NCBI GenBank assembly: GCA_016934955.1
Contig: JAFGRY010000005.1
Location: 27,967-91,966 of the forward strand
DNA length: 64,000 nt
Origin: a bacterium
GTDB lineage: Bacteria > Zhuqueibacterota > QNDG01 > JAGLOF01
Direction of reading: 5' to 3'
The translations under genes were made by a program, and so were the position numbers. The stretch's first letter is position 1. Each line of letters begins with the position of its first letter. The notes under the pieces are model-generated. The model ran no database searches and was not told the DNA's origin. It saw only the letters and a list, made by a program, of their open reading frames with translations. Positions 1 through 7,437 of the stretch are shown here, piece after piece.

Positions 1-1
1 T

Positions 2-829
2 CGGCACCGCCGCGCCCGCTGTGTCATCGTCATTCCCCCGTCGTTCGGAAAGGACGACCCCGGGAACCGTATCATTCAGCTCATCATCGACGCCAGCGAT
101 CCCAACGCGGCCAACTACATTCACACCTATCTCGGCACCATTACCGCGTCGTTCAACCGGCGTCATTCCGGCGGTATGCGTCTGCCCTTCAGGTTCGAGC
201 CCCGGCTGCTCTACAATCCGGATCTGAAATCATCGTTTTTCTTTGTGCCCGGCCTCGTGGCGGTCATTATCATGCTCTTCAGCGCGCTGCTGTCCAGCAT
301 CGCCATCGTGCGAGAAAAGGAGATGGGCACATTGGAACAGATTCTCGTCAGCCCCCTCACGCCCATGCAGCTTGTCATCGGCAAGCTCGTCCCCTATCTG
401 CTGCTGAGTCTCGCGGACAGCATCCTCGTGCTCATCGTCGCGCACGTCTGTTTCACGGTACCGATGCACGGTTCCGGCATCCTGCTCCTGGCAACGCTGA
501 TTATCTACGTGGTCTCGGGTCTCAGCTTCGGGCTGCTCATCTCCACCGTGACCCGTTCCCAGCAGATCGCCATGATGGCGACCATGGTGATCACCGTGCT
601 GCCCAGTTTTTTACTGAGCGGATTCATTTTTCCCGTACGGAGCATGCCGCTGCTCTTCCAGGGCATTTCCCAGATCATCCCCGCGACCCACTTCCTGATC
701 ATCATTCGGGGCATCATGCTGAAAGGCGCCGGCCTCGCGGAACTGATGCCCCAGCTGGGGGCTTTGACCCTCTTTTCCCTGGTGCTGATCAGCGTCAGTA
801 TCAGGAAATTTCACACCACGCTGGAGTAA
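2..829 (+). CDS. ABC-2 type transporter permease (YbhR/YbhS-like), 5' end outside window
   Basis: The frame of ORF 176..829 stays open back to the window edge. Its upstream translation (..VIVIPPSFGKDDPGNRIIQLIIDASDPN..) and the ORF itself (IVREKEMGTLEQILVSP) align colinearly with the complete 374-aa paralogue next door (AAVVIPPGFERDL..LIDGVDGNS; IVREKEIGTLEQLMVTP). There are several hydrophobic TM segments. Confidence 0.8.
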   Translation, partial: RHRRARCVIVIPPSFGKDDPGNRIIQLIIDASDPNAANYIHTYLGTITASFNRRHSGGMRLPFRFEPRLLYNPDLKSSFFFVPGLVAVIIMLFSALLSSIAIVREKEMGTLEQILVSPLTPMQLVIGKLVPYLLLSLADSILVLIVAHVCFTVPMHGSGILLLATLIIYVVSGLSFGLLISTVTRSQQIAMMATMVITVLPSFLLSGFIFPVRSMPLLFQGISQIIPATHFLIIIRGIMLKGAGLAELMPQLGALTLFSLVLISVSIRKFHTTLE

Positions 830-831
830 TT

Positions 832-1956
832 ATGTATCGCATCGGGTATCTCATTCAGAAAGAATTCAGACAGATCCTGAGGGAGAAAGCCTTTATCGGG
901 CTCATCTTCGGCATGCCCTTCATCCAGATCGTCATCCTGGGATTCGCGGTGAGCACCGACGTCAGACACGTGTCAATCGCCTTCCTGGACCGGGATCACT
1001 CCCGCTTCAGCAGAAAAATCGCGGACGCGTTCAGCGTCACCGAATCATTTACCGGCAGGGGCGCACTCACCTCAGAGCGGCAGGCGAAGGAGCTGATCGA
1101 CAGCGGCGTCATTCAGGCGGCGGTGGTCATTCCCCCCGGCTTTGAACGGGATCTGCTCAGCGGCCGGGAACCGGCGCTTCAGATGCTCATCGACGGTGTT
1201 GACGGCAATTCCGCGGGCATCGCTCTCGCCTACGCCTCACAGATTGTCGCCCGCCTGCAGCAGGAAGCGGCGGCGGAAGCCCGCGGCGGTCCCCCCTCCC
1301 CGGGTGCCGCGGCGCCGGTGACCCTGGCTCCGCGCATGTGGTACAACCCCGAACTTGAAAGCCGGTACAATATCGTTCCCGGCATTATCGGCATTCTCGT
1401 GACCATGATCACCGCTTTCCTCACCGGCATGGCCATTGTGAGAGAGAAGGAGATCGGCACCCTGGAGCAGCTGATGGTCACGCCGATAAAGAAACACGAG
1501 CTGATCCTGGGCAAGGTGATCCCCTTTGCCGTGGTGGGATTCATGCTGATGAACGTGGGGATAGCGGCCGCGGGACTGCTCTTCGGCCTCTGGATGGAGG
1601 GGAGTCTCTTCTCGCTCTATCTCATGTCGCTGCTCTTCATGCTCAGCACCCTGGGGCTGGGCATTTTCGCCTCGACCATGGCGAGAACGCAGCAGCAGGC
1701 GATGTTCGTCACCTGGTTTTTTTCCATCTTCGCCCTGCTGCTCTCCGGCTTCTTCATCCCCATAGAAAACATGCCGAAAATCATTCAGGCGGTCACCGTC
1801 ATCAATCCGCTGCGCTATTTCATGGTGGCGATTCGTGAGATCTATCTGAAAGGGACGCCGGTCCTCTACCTCTGGAAAGAGGCGCTGTTCATGCTGCTCT
1901 TCGGACTCACGGTCATTATCGCGGCGTCCCTGCGGTTCCGGAAACGGATAGCCTGA
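832..1956 (+). CDS. ABC-2 type transporter permease (YbhR/YbhS-like)
   Basis: 374 aa, starting 2 nt after the stop of the preceding paralogue. It has an N-terminal TM, a large extracytoplasmic loop, then IVREKEIGTLEQLMVTP and five C-terminal TM segments, as typical of ABC-2 membrane proteins. Confidence 0.85.
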   Translation: MYRIGYLIQKEFRQILREKAFIGLIFGMPFIQIVILGFAVSTDVRHVSIAFLDRDHSRFSRKIADAFSVTESFTGRGALTSERQAKELIDSGVIQAAVVIPPGFERDLLSGREPALQMLIDGVDGNSAGIALAYASQIVARLQQEAAAEARGGPPSPGAAAPVTLAPRMWYNPELESRYNIVPGIIGILVTMITAFLTGMAIVREKEIGTLEQLMVTPIKKHELILGKVIPFAVVGFMLMNVGIAAAGLLFGLWMEGSLFSLYLMSLLFMLSTLGLGIFASTMARTQQQAMFVTWFFSIFALLLSGFFIPIENMPKIIQAVTVINPLRYFMVAIREIYLKGTPVLYLWKEALFMLLFGLTVIIAASLRFRKRIA

Positions 1957-2048
1957 ATCAGGAATGACCGCAGCAGCGGCGCCTTTGCCGTTGTACGAAT
2001 GGTACCGGCTTCACGCCGGTTCGAGAAAGCGGGGCGGTTCCGGAAACG

Positions 2049-2909
2049 CTATCGGGGATCCTTTTGAAACACCCGTACCCAATCCACGGTCATTTCCTGG
2101 GGGAACACCGTTGTCTCGTCGGGCGATCCGGGCCAGTTGCCGCCCACCGCCACGTTCAGCAGCAGGTGGAACCGCTGGTCGAAGGGCGCGGGATACGGCC
2201 CGCCGGACGAGTACCACGAGGTGCGGTTGTAGTAGTTGATACCATCGATGTACCAGCGGATCGAAGTGGTGTCCCATTCGATGGAATAGGTATGAAAATC
2301 ATCGCTCAGGGGTTCGGGCCAGATGTACGAGCCGCCGCTCTGCGTATTTGCCGGATAGGCGCCGCCGTAGTGGATCGTTCCGTGCACTTTCGCCGGCTCA
2401 TGCCCGAGCAGTTCCATGATATCGATCTCGCCGCTTGCCGCCCAGCCGCCGTAGACCCAGTCGCTGGGAAGCATCCAGATTGCGGGCCAGAGACCCTGCC
2501 CTCTTGGCATTCTGGCCCTGATATCGAAACGGCCGTATGTCCAGTCGCCTTTGTAGCGGGTGCGCAGACGGGCCGATGTATACTCTCTCGTGCCCTCGGC
2601 CGCGGTGTAGACCTCACTGCGGGCGGTGATGATCAGGTATCCGTCCTCGACCCGGGAATTTTCAGGCCGGGCGGTGTAATACTGCAGTTCGTTGTTACCG
2701 CCGCCCTGAGCGTTCACCTCGTGTTCCCATTTTTCCGGATTGATAGATGAACCGGTAAACTCGTCGTTCCAGAAAAGACGGTACCCCGGGGGCGCTTCAA
2801 TCTCATTCTCGTCATTACGGCTGCTCACCCCGTCACGGCATCCCGCCAGCCACGCCGCCAGCACGGCGGTCACAATGAAGAATATTGACAGTGTGCGATT
2901 TTTCTTCAT
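2049..2909 (-). CDS. GH16 endo-beta-1,3-glucanase (laminarinase), lipoprotein
   Basis: 286 aa with lipoprotein signal MKKNRTLSIFFIVTAVLAAWLAGC. GH16 core includes the catalytic E-x-D-x-x-E motif (GEIDIMEL), plus WPAIWMLP and YTSARLRTRY. Confidence 0.9.
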   Translation of the reverse strand: MKKNRTLSIFFIVTAVLAAWLAGCRDGVSSRNDENEIEAPPGYRLFWNDEFTGSSINPEKWEHEVNAQGGGNNELQYYTARPENSRVEDGYLIITARSEVYTAAEGTREYTSARLRTRYKGDWTYGRFDIRARMPRGQGLWPAIWMLPSDWVYGGWAASGEIDIMELLGHEPAKVHGTIHYGGAYPANTQSGGSYIWPEPLSDDFHTYSIEWDTTSIRWYIDGINYYNRTSWYSSGGPYPAPFDQRFHLLLNVAVGGNWPGSPDETTVFPQEMTVDWVRVFQKDPR

Positions 2910-2924
2910 TCGTTTCCCTTCTGT

Positions 2925-4760
2925 TTATCTGATCAGGAGCATTTTCCCTCTGTCGCTCCAGCACGTCCCGTCACTCTCGATATCGAGATGGTAGATATAG
3001 ACCCCTGAAGGACCGGCAATATCCCAGCGGATCTCGTGACTGCCCGGCGGCTGCCTGACCGGATCGAGGGAGCCTACCCGCCGTCCCTGAATATCGTAGA
3101 CGGTGAGCCTCACCCGGCCCTCCCGCTGCATCTCATAGGGAATGACCGTGGATCCGTTGCACGGATTGGGATAATTCTGTCCCAGGCGGTAATCCCCTGA
3201 CCGGATCACTCCGGTTTCCCGCACCGCGGTGGACAGCTGCTCCACGATCACCCCTGAGATGACCGGCTGATCGATATCGGCGGCAAAGCGAATGTCAATG
3301 ACTCCGTCGGTGACCGCGATAGCATCCGCGCTGAAGCGATAGGCCTGCAACGCCCCGCCCGCTTCCCGGTACACATCCAGATTCTCCTGCGCCTTCTCTC
3401 CCTCGATATAGAGATCGAACACCCGGGTTCCCTCCCGCTCGTAATAGTACTCCGAGAACAGCAGCTCAAGGGCATAGACGCCGCGGGGAGCCCTGATGCG
3501 GTAGGCGGCCGGTCCCTGGCGCCAGTCGCTGAACATCGCCGTATCGCCGGCGCCGCCGACGGCATCATCGGTGTGGTAGGAGATGCCGTCCTCACATCCG
3601 TAATTCGTCTCATGGCTCCAGGCGGCATCGGTCAGCGCCCCCCCCTGCGACTGATCCGATCCGCAATTGATCCTGAGAGGGAACGAGATCTCCGGCCGCC
3701 TCACAATCATCGTATTCTGGCCGTGCATGCGGTTGACACACGCGCTTCTGTCCGTAATATTGAAACAGACAAGATTATAGGCGCGTTCCGGAACGATGCC
3801 GCTGACCCGCAGCCGCACTGTCTGTAGATCCGGCTGCAGCTCGGTATGGAGAATGGTCAGGCCCGGAATGGTATAATTGCCTGTTTCTTCCGCAGAGGTC
3901 TCTTCCACATCCTCGGAAAAACGGACGAGAACGCTGTCTCCGGCCATGGCGGCCCAGAGAACCGCGGGAGGATTGCGGTCCTCATGGCCGGTATAGGTGC
4001 CGCCGGTAAGGCAGAGGATCATCTTCCCGTCCGCGAACACGCAGTTCTCGGGAATGAAATCGACGTTGTTCCCGTTAAAGGTATGAGTCGCCTTCTGCCA
4101 GCGGATTTCATCGAACGAATCGAACTGATCGGTCCACTGCAGGGTAAAATCGCCGTTTGTGCCGCTGTCGCCCATACCGGGAGTGTAGGAATAATAGCTC
4201 ACATAGTCATACCAGGCAAAGAGGGGCAGTATTCGTTCGTCGAATTCTCCGGCCCATCCGGCGGCCGCCGGCTGCCAGATATTCATCATTATTTTCTGGG
4301 GATACTGCAGGGCGGCGATATGGTCTCCCGTCTGCCGGGCCGCCTCTTCCCCGTCGATGAACCAGGCGACATAATCGGGAGTCCACTCACATGCATATAC
4401 GTGATAATCGAGGCCGGGATCGAAATCGACATACTGATGGCGAACGTGGCTGCGCACGCCGGTTGCGATAGTGTTGAACTGAACATCATCCCGGTACCGG
4501 CCCATTATCTCGATATCGATCTCGTTCCAGGGAGTGTTCGGATAATCGTCGTTATAGGTAAAAAACGTCGATGTCTGCCCGCTGCCCCGGGAGGCCCTGT
4601 AGGACACTTCGAACCGGCCGTAAAGAAAGCTCTCCCGGGTGCGCAGTTCCGCGCCTTTGTATTCCCTGGCAAAGACGGGAGACAGGTGCGTGACCGCGGC
4701 AAGCAGGGCGAGCGTCATCAGTGCCGGCCGTGGTTTCACGGCATATCGTGTCAGAACCAT
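2925..4760 (-). CDS. GH16 beta-glucanase fused to a malectin-like carbohydrate-binding module and a T9SS C-terminal sorting domain
   Basis: 611 aa with a signal peptide. N-terminal GH16 carries an EIDIEIMG catalytic motif. The region RINCGSDQ..YRIRAPRGVYALELLFSEYYYEREGTRVFDLYIEGEK resembles malectin/CBM57-type modules. The C-terminus LGQNYPNPCNGSTVIPYEM..LTVYDIQGRRV..GVYIYHL is a type-A T9SS CTD. Confidence 0.85.
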   Translation of the reverse strand: MVLTRYAVKPRPALMTLALLAAVTHLSPVFAREYKGAELRTRESFLYGRFEVSYRASRGSGQTSTFFTYNDDYPNTPWNEIDIEIMGRYRDDVQFNTIATGVRSHVRHQYVDFDPGLDYHVYACEWTPDYVAWFIDGEEAARQTGDHIAALQYPQKIMMNIWQPAAAGWAGEFDERILPLFAWYDYVSYYSYTPGMGDSGTNGDFTLQWTDQFDSFDEIRWQKATHTFNGNNVDFIPENCVFADGKMILCLTGGTYTGHEDRNPPAVLWAAMAGDSVLVRFSEDVEETSAEETGNYTIPGLTILHTELQPDLQTVRLRVSGIVPERAYNLVCFNITDRSACVNRMHGQNTMIVRRPEISFPLRINCGSDQSQGGALTDAAWSHETNYGCEDGISYHTDDAVGGAGDTAMFSDWRQGPAAYRIRAPRGVYALELLFSEYYYEREGTRVFDLYIEGEKAQENLDVYREAGGALQAYRFSADAIAVTDGVIDIRFAADIDQPVISGVIVEQLSTAVRETGVIRSGDYRLGQNYPNPCNGSTVIPYEMQREGRVRLTVYDIQGRRVGSLDPVRQPPGSHEIRWDIAGPSGVYIYHLDIESDGTCWSDRGKMLLIR

Positions 4761-4772
4761 TGTGCCCCTCCC

Positions 4773-6107
4773 TTACCGATCCATTTTACGGCCGTAATCC
4801 AGTCTGTCATGGGTGGTGACGATGGGAAACGACGGCACCATTACCGGGAACGGGACATTCCGCTGCAGCATAAAACTGTCGATCCGGCTCAACGTGATCG
4901 CTTCAAACGCATCGGTATCGATCTCTATCCGGTCGCTGTACCGTTGCATGAGGGAGCGGATGTAGGGATCGAGATCATTCTCCAGGGTACTGAGCAGCGC
5001 CGATTCAAAGGCCTGCTTTTTTCCCCTTTCTTCCAGCCAGCGGTTCCGTTCATAGATGGCGAGAAGATTGTCCCGCCACATGCCAGCGTTCCGCTGCACC
5101 TCGGGAACCGTGTCATATCCCCGTTTGTAGGCTTCCGCGGTGATGTGCCTGTCACGGATCAGGTCGGCCACGGCCAGCTTGAACTCTTCGGCAAAATCCG
5201 CGTTCGACATCGACCGTTTCCGGAACACCAGCGGGTGGGACACCAGTTCATCCTGCAGCCTCCGCACCGTCCATATCTCACCATCGACGGAAAACAGGGG
5301 ATCATCGCTGATCCGTTCCAGAACCGCACCGCTCTCATCGAGAACGCCGGTATCGGCGTCCTTTCCCCAGAACCGCTGGTTGAACGCATCCCGCTTCTCC
5401 CCCGGCGTTTTCACATATTCGCCGGCAACGGCCGGTATCAACGCCCGGTAGGTCGCCTCCACAAACTCGAGACGCCTGCCTTTCATGAGTCTGGAGACAA
5501 ATGCCCGGTAGGCGCGTTCACCCTCGGTTCGACGCAGATATTTTTCAATATCCTGCCGCTGCCGCGCCTGCTCTTCCCCGGAGAGGTAGACCCGTTCCGT
5601 CCACCCGTTGATGAATATGAACGTATATCCGCTCTCATCTGCCACCGGTCCGATGACCTGATGTTTTGCCGGTGCGCCGCTGTAGAGCGCGTCGAGCACG
5701 CCTCCGCTTTCAACCTCGCTGAAGGTGACCCGGCGCTGCGGCAGGTCAGCGGAACCGGTCAGCCGCTCGAACGTCTGCCGAAAACTGCTGCTGTCCCGCA
5801 TGGCGCGGGCCGCGGCCTCGGCCTCGGCCCCGCCGGTGACGGTGAAGTAGGAGATGGTGTAATTTCTTCCGGCCAGCCGGTACCGTTCATCGATGTCAGA
5901 TTCAGCGACCCTGGCTTTCCGGTAGAAATCGTTGTAAAAGAGCCATTGCCGCATCGACTGCTCTTTTCTGCCCCTGAGATAGGCCTGGAAATAGGGGGTG
6001 CGGGCAAGCGCCGAGCTGTCCCCCGCTTCGACGGCCAGCAGCTTCTCGGCGATCAGTGAATTGAGGATGATCTTGCGGTGGATATAGTTGTCCCTTTTAC
6101 AATACAC
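4773..6107 (-). CDS. Hypothetical protein, possibly a SurA-N/PpiD-like periplasmic chaperone; true start probably upstream (to ~6299/6302)
   Basis: 444 aa from GTG at 6107. By eye the N-terminal part (..TISVNEFIRRAEYT.., IILNSLIAEKLL) resembles SurA N-terminal-type chaperone domains. No rotamase motif was recognised. The in-frame upstream sequence encodes a signal-peptide-like segment (see finding). Confidence 0.4.
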   Translation of the reverse strand: MYCKRDNYIHRKIILNSLIAEKLLAVEAGDSSALARTPYFQAYLRGRKEQSMRQWLFYNDFYRKARVAESDIDERYRLAGRNYTISYFTVTGGAEAEAAARAMRDSSSFRQTFERLTGSADLPQRRVTFSEVESGGVLDALYSGAPAKHQVIGPVADESGYTFIFINGWTERVYLSGEEQARQRQDIEKYLRRTEGERAYRAFVSRLMKGRRLEFVEATYRALIPAVAGEYVKTPGEKRDAFNQRFWGKDADTGVLDESGAVLERISDDPLFSVDGEIWTVRRLQDELVSHPLVFRKRSMSNADFAEEFKLAVADLIRDRHITAEAYKRGYDTVPEVQRNAGMWRDNLLAIYERNRWLEERGKKQAFESALLSTLENDLDPYIRSLMQRYSDRIEIDTDAFEAITLSRIDSFMLQRNVPFPVMVPSFPIVTTHDRLDYGRKMDR

Positions 6108-6328
6108 CGGTCTGATCGTATATTCCGCACGCCGGATGAATTCATTGACCGAAATCGTTCTGTCGCCGACGCGTGCCAGAATCTGCTCCGCCGCTTCCGG
6201 AGCCCGGTCTTTCCCGCATCTGCTCAGGCAGAGCGCCGTTAAAATTGATATGGACAGCAGGGCGAACCCGTGCTGTCCATACCGTCGTTTCCGAGTAATG
6301 ATATCTCTTCTCCGTGTCAGGTAATACC

Positions 6329-7390
6329 CTAGAACATCAGTCCTATGTTGTACGCGTGAATGCTGCCGAGGATCCCTATTTCCCGGTAGGAGTACTCGAC
6401 TTTCAGGCTTCTGCCCTGCATCATATGCATCACCACGCCGCCCCCGAATGAGAGACCGTATTCGGAATCGACCATAAAGAGCGCCTTGTAGCCGCCCCGC
6501 AGGAAGAACTGCCAGCCGTTCGGTGTCGTCAGCTGATACTGCCCCCCGAGATTGACGGACTCACTGTTGTTGTTGGGATGAACGGCATCCACCGCCAGGG
6601 TCAGCCGATGCTGCGAGGTGACGAACGGGTTCACCGACACGCCGACCCGGAAAAGAAGCGGAAGCTCCCATCCCTCCGTCTGAAACATGCCGGGGACATC
6701 CTGATAGTTGCCGCCCTCGTTCGGCAGGATATCGATGGGATTGAGCAGATTTTTCCCGGAATACTGCATTTTGGTGCCGAAATTGGATATGCTCATGCCG
6801 ATATTCATGCCGTCTCCCCTGTCGCCCGTGGGCGAGAAGAAGTGGGTCTGCACAATCACTCCCAGATCCACGGCAAACGCGTTGGCCGATGACTGCCATA
6901 TCTGGGAGGAAATATATTTTGCCGTGGCGCCGAAACTGAACCAGTTGGCCAGTTTGCGCGAGTAGGAAATGCCGAACGAGTAATCGGCGGCGTTGAACAG
7001 CTCCCCGGTCCCGTCCTGCATGTCCAGGGTGGTGACCTCATTACGGCCGTAATCCATCTGCACGAGACTGAGGGCGATCGTTCCCACGTTGCTCAACGGC
7101 ATGCCCGCGGCAAATGACACCGCATTGATATCGAGTATCCACGGCTGATAATTGAACTGAACCTCCCGCTGCTCCATATAGGCCAGACCGGCGGGATTCC
7201 AGTAGACCGCTGACAGGTCCGACGCCACGCTCACGTAGGCGTCTCCCATGGCCGTACCCGCGGAGCCGTAGCCGATTTCAAGAAAATTGGCGGCCGTGGT
7301 CCCCTGGCGATACGGTTCCTGCCCGAAACAGAGAACCGCTGTAAAAACAATGAGCAGTACGATCGCCGTTTTGTATGGTTGTATTCTCAT
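6329..7390 (-). CDS. PorV/PorQ-family (FadL-like) outer-membrane beta-barrel protein
   Basis: The likely start is M18 of the ORF (MRIQPYKTAIVLLIVFTAVLCFGQ signal). GTTAANFLEIGYGSAGTAMGDAYVSVASDLSAVYWNPAGLA matches the conserved PorV/PorQ N-terminal signature as I recall it. The sequence alternates in a beta-strand pattern and ends in a terminal aromatic (..NIGLMF). Confidence 0.7.
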   Translation of the reverse strand: MRIQPYKTAIVLLIVFTAVLCFGQEPYRQGTTAANFLEIGYGSAGTAMGDAYVSVASDLSAVYWNPAGLAYMEQREVQFNYQPWILDINAVSFAAGMPLSNVGTIALSLVQMDYGRNEVTTLDMQDGTGELFNAADYSFGISYSRKLANWFSFGATAKYISSQIWQSSANAFAVDLGVIVQTHFFSPTGDRGDGMNIGMSISNFGTKMQYSGKNLLNPIDILPNEGGNYQDVPGMFQTEGWELPLLFRVGVSVNPFVTSQHRLTLAVDAVHPNNNSESVNLGGQYQLTTPNGWQFFLRGGYKALFMVDSEYGLSFGGGVVMHMMQGRSLKVEYSYREIGILGSIHAYNIGLMF

Positions 7391-7437
7391 TTTTGTTGCC
7401 TCACCTATCTGTTGTCTGCCGATACGATGTGTTGGTA

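Noticed and set aside
21-227. A 68-aa ORF at the window start.
   Set aside because: It overlaps, in a different frame, the open frame that continues the ABC-2 permease to the window edge. The permease frame aligns with the neighbouring paralogue.
3846-6059. A 737-aa plus-strand ORF, and many similar long ORFs antisense to the minus-strand genes. Examples are 8260..9438, 9439..10671, 14512..15651, 18504..19682, 20649..21866, 22151..23368, 24277..25446, 25664..27334, 31229..32239, 37177..38343, 39166..40329, 40985..42073 and 45194..46291.
   Set aside because: Their translations are Arg/Gly/Pro/His-rich with no recognisable domains. Each lies exactly opposite a gene with clear family signatures. 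These are typical shadow ORFs of GC-rich coding DNA.
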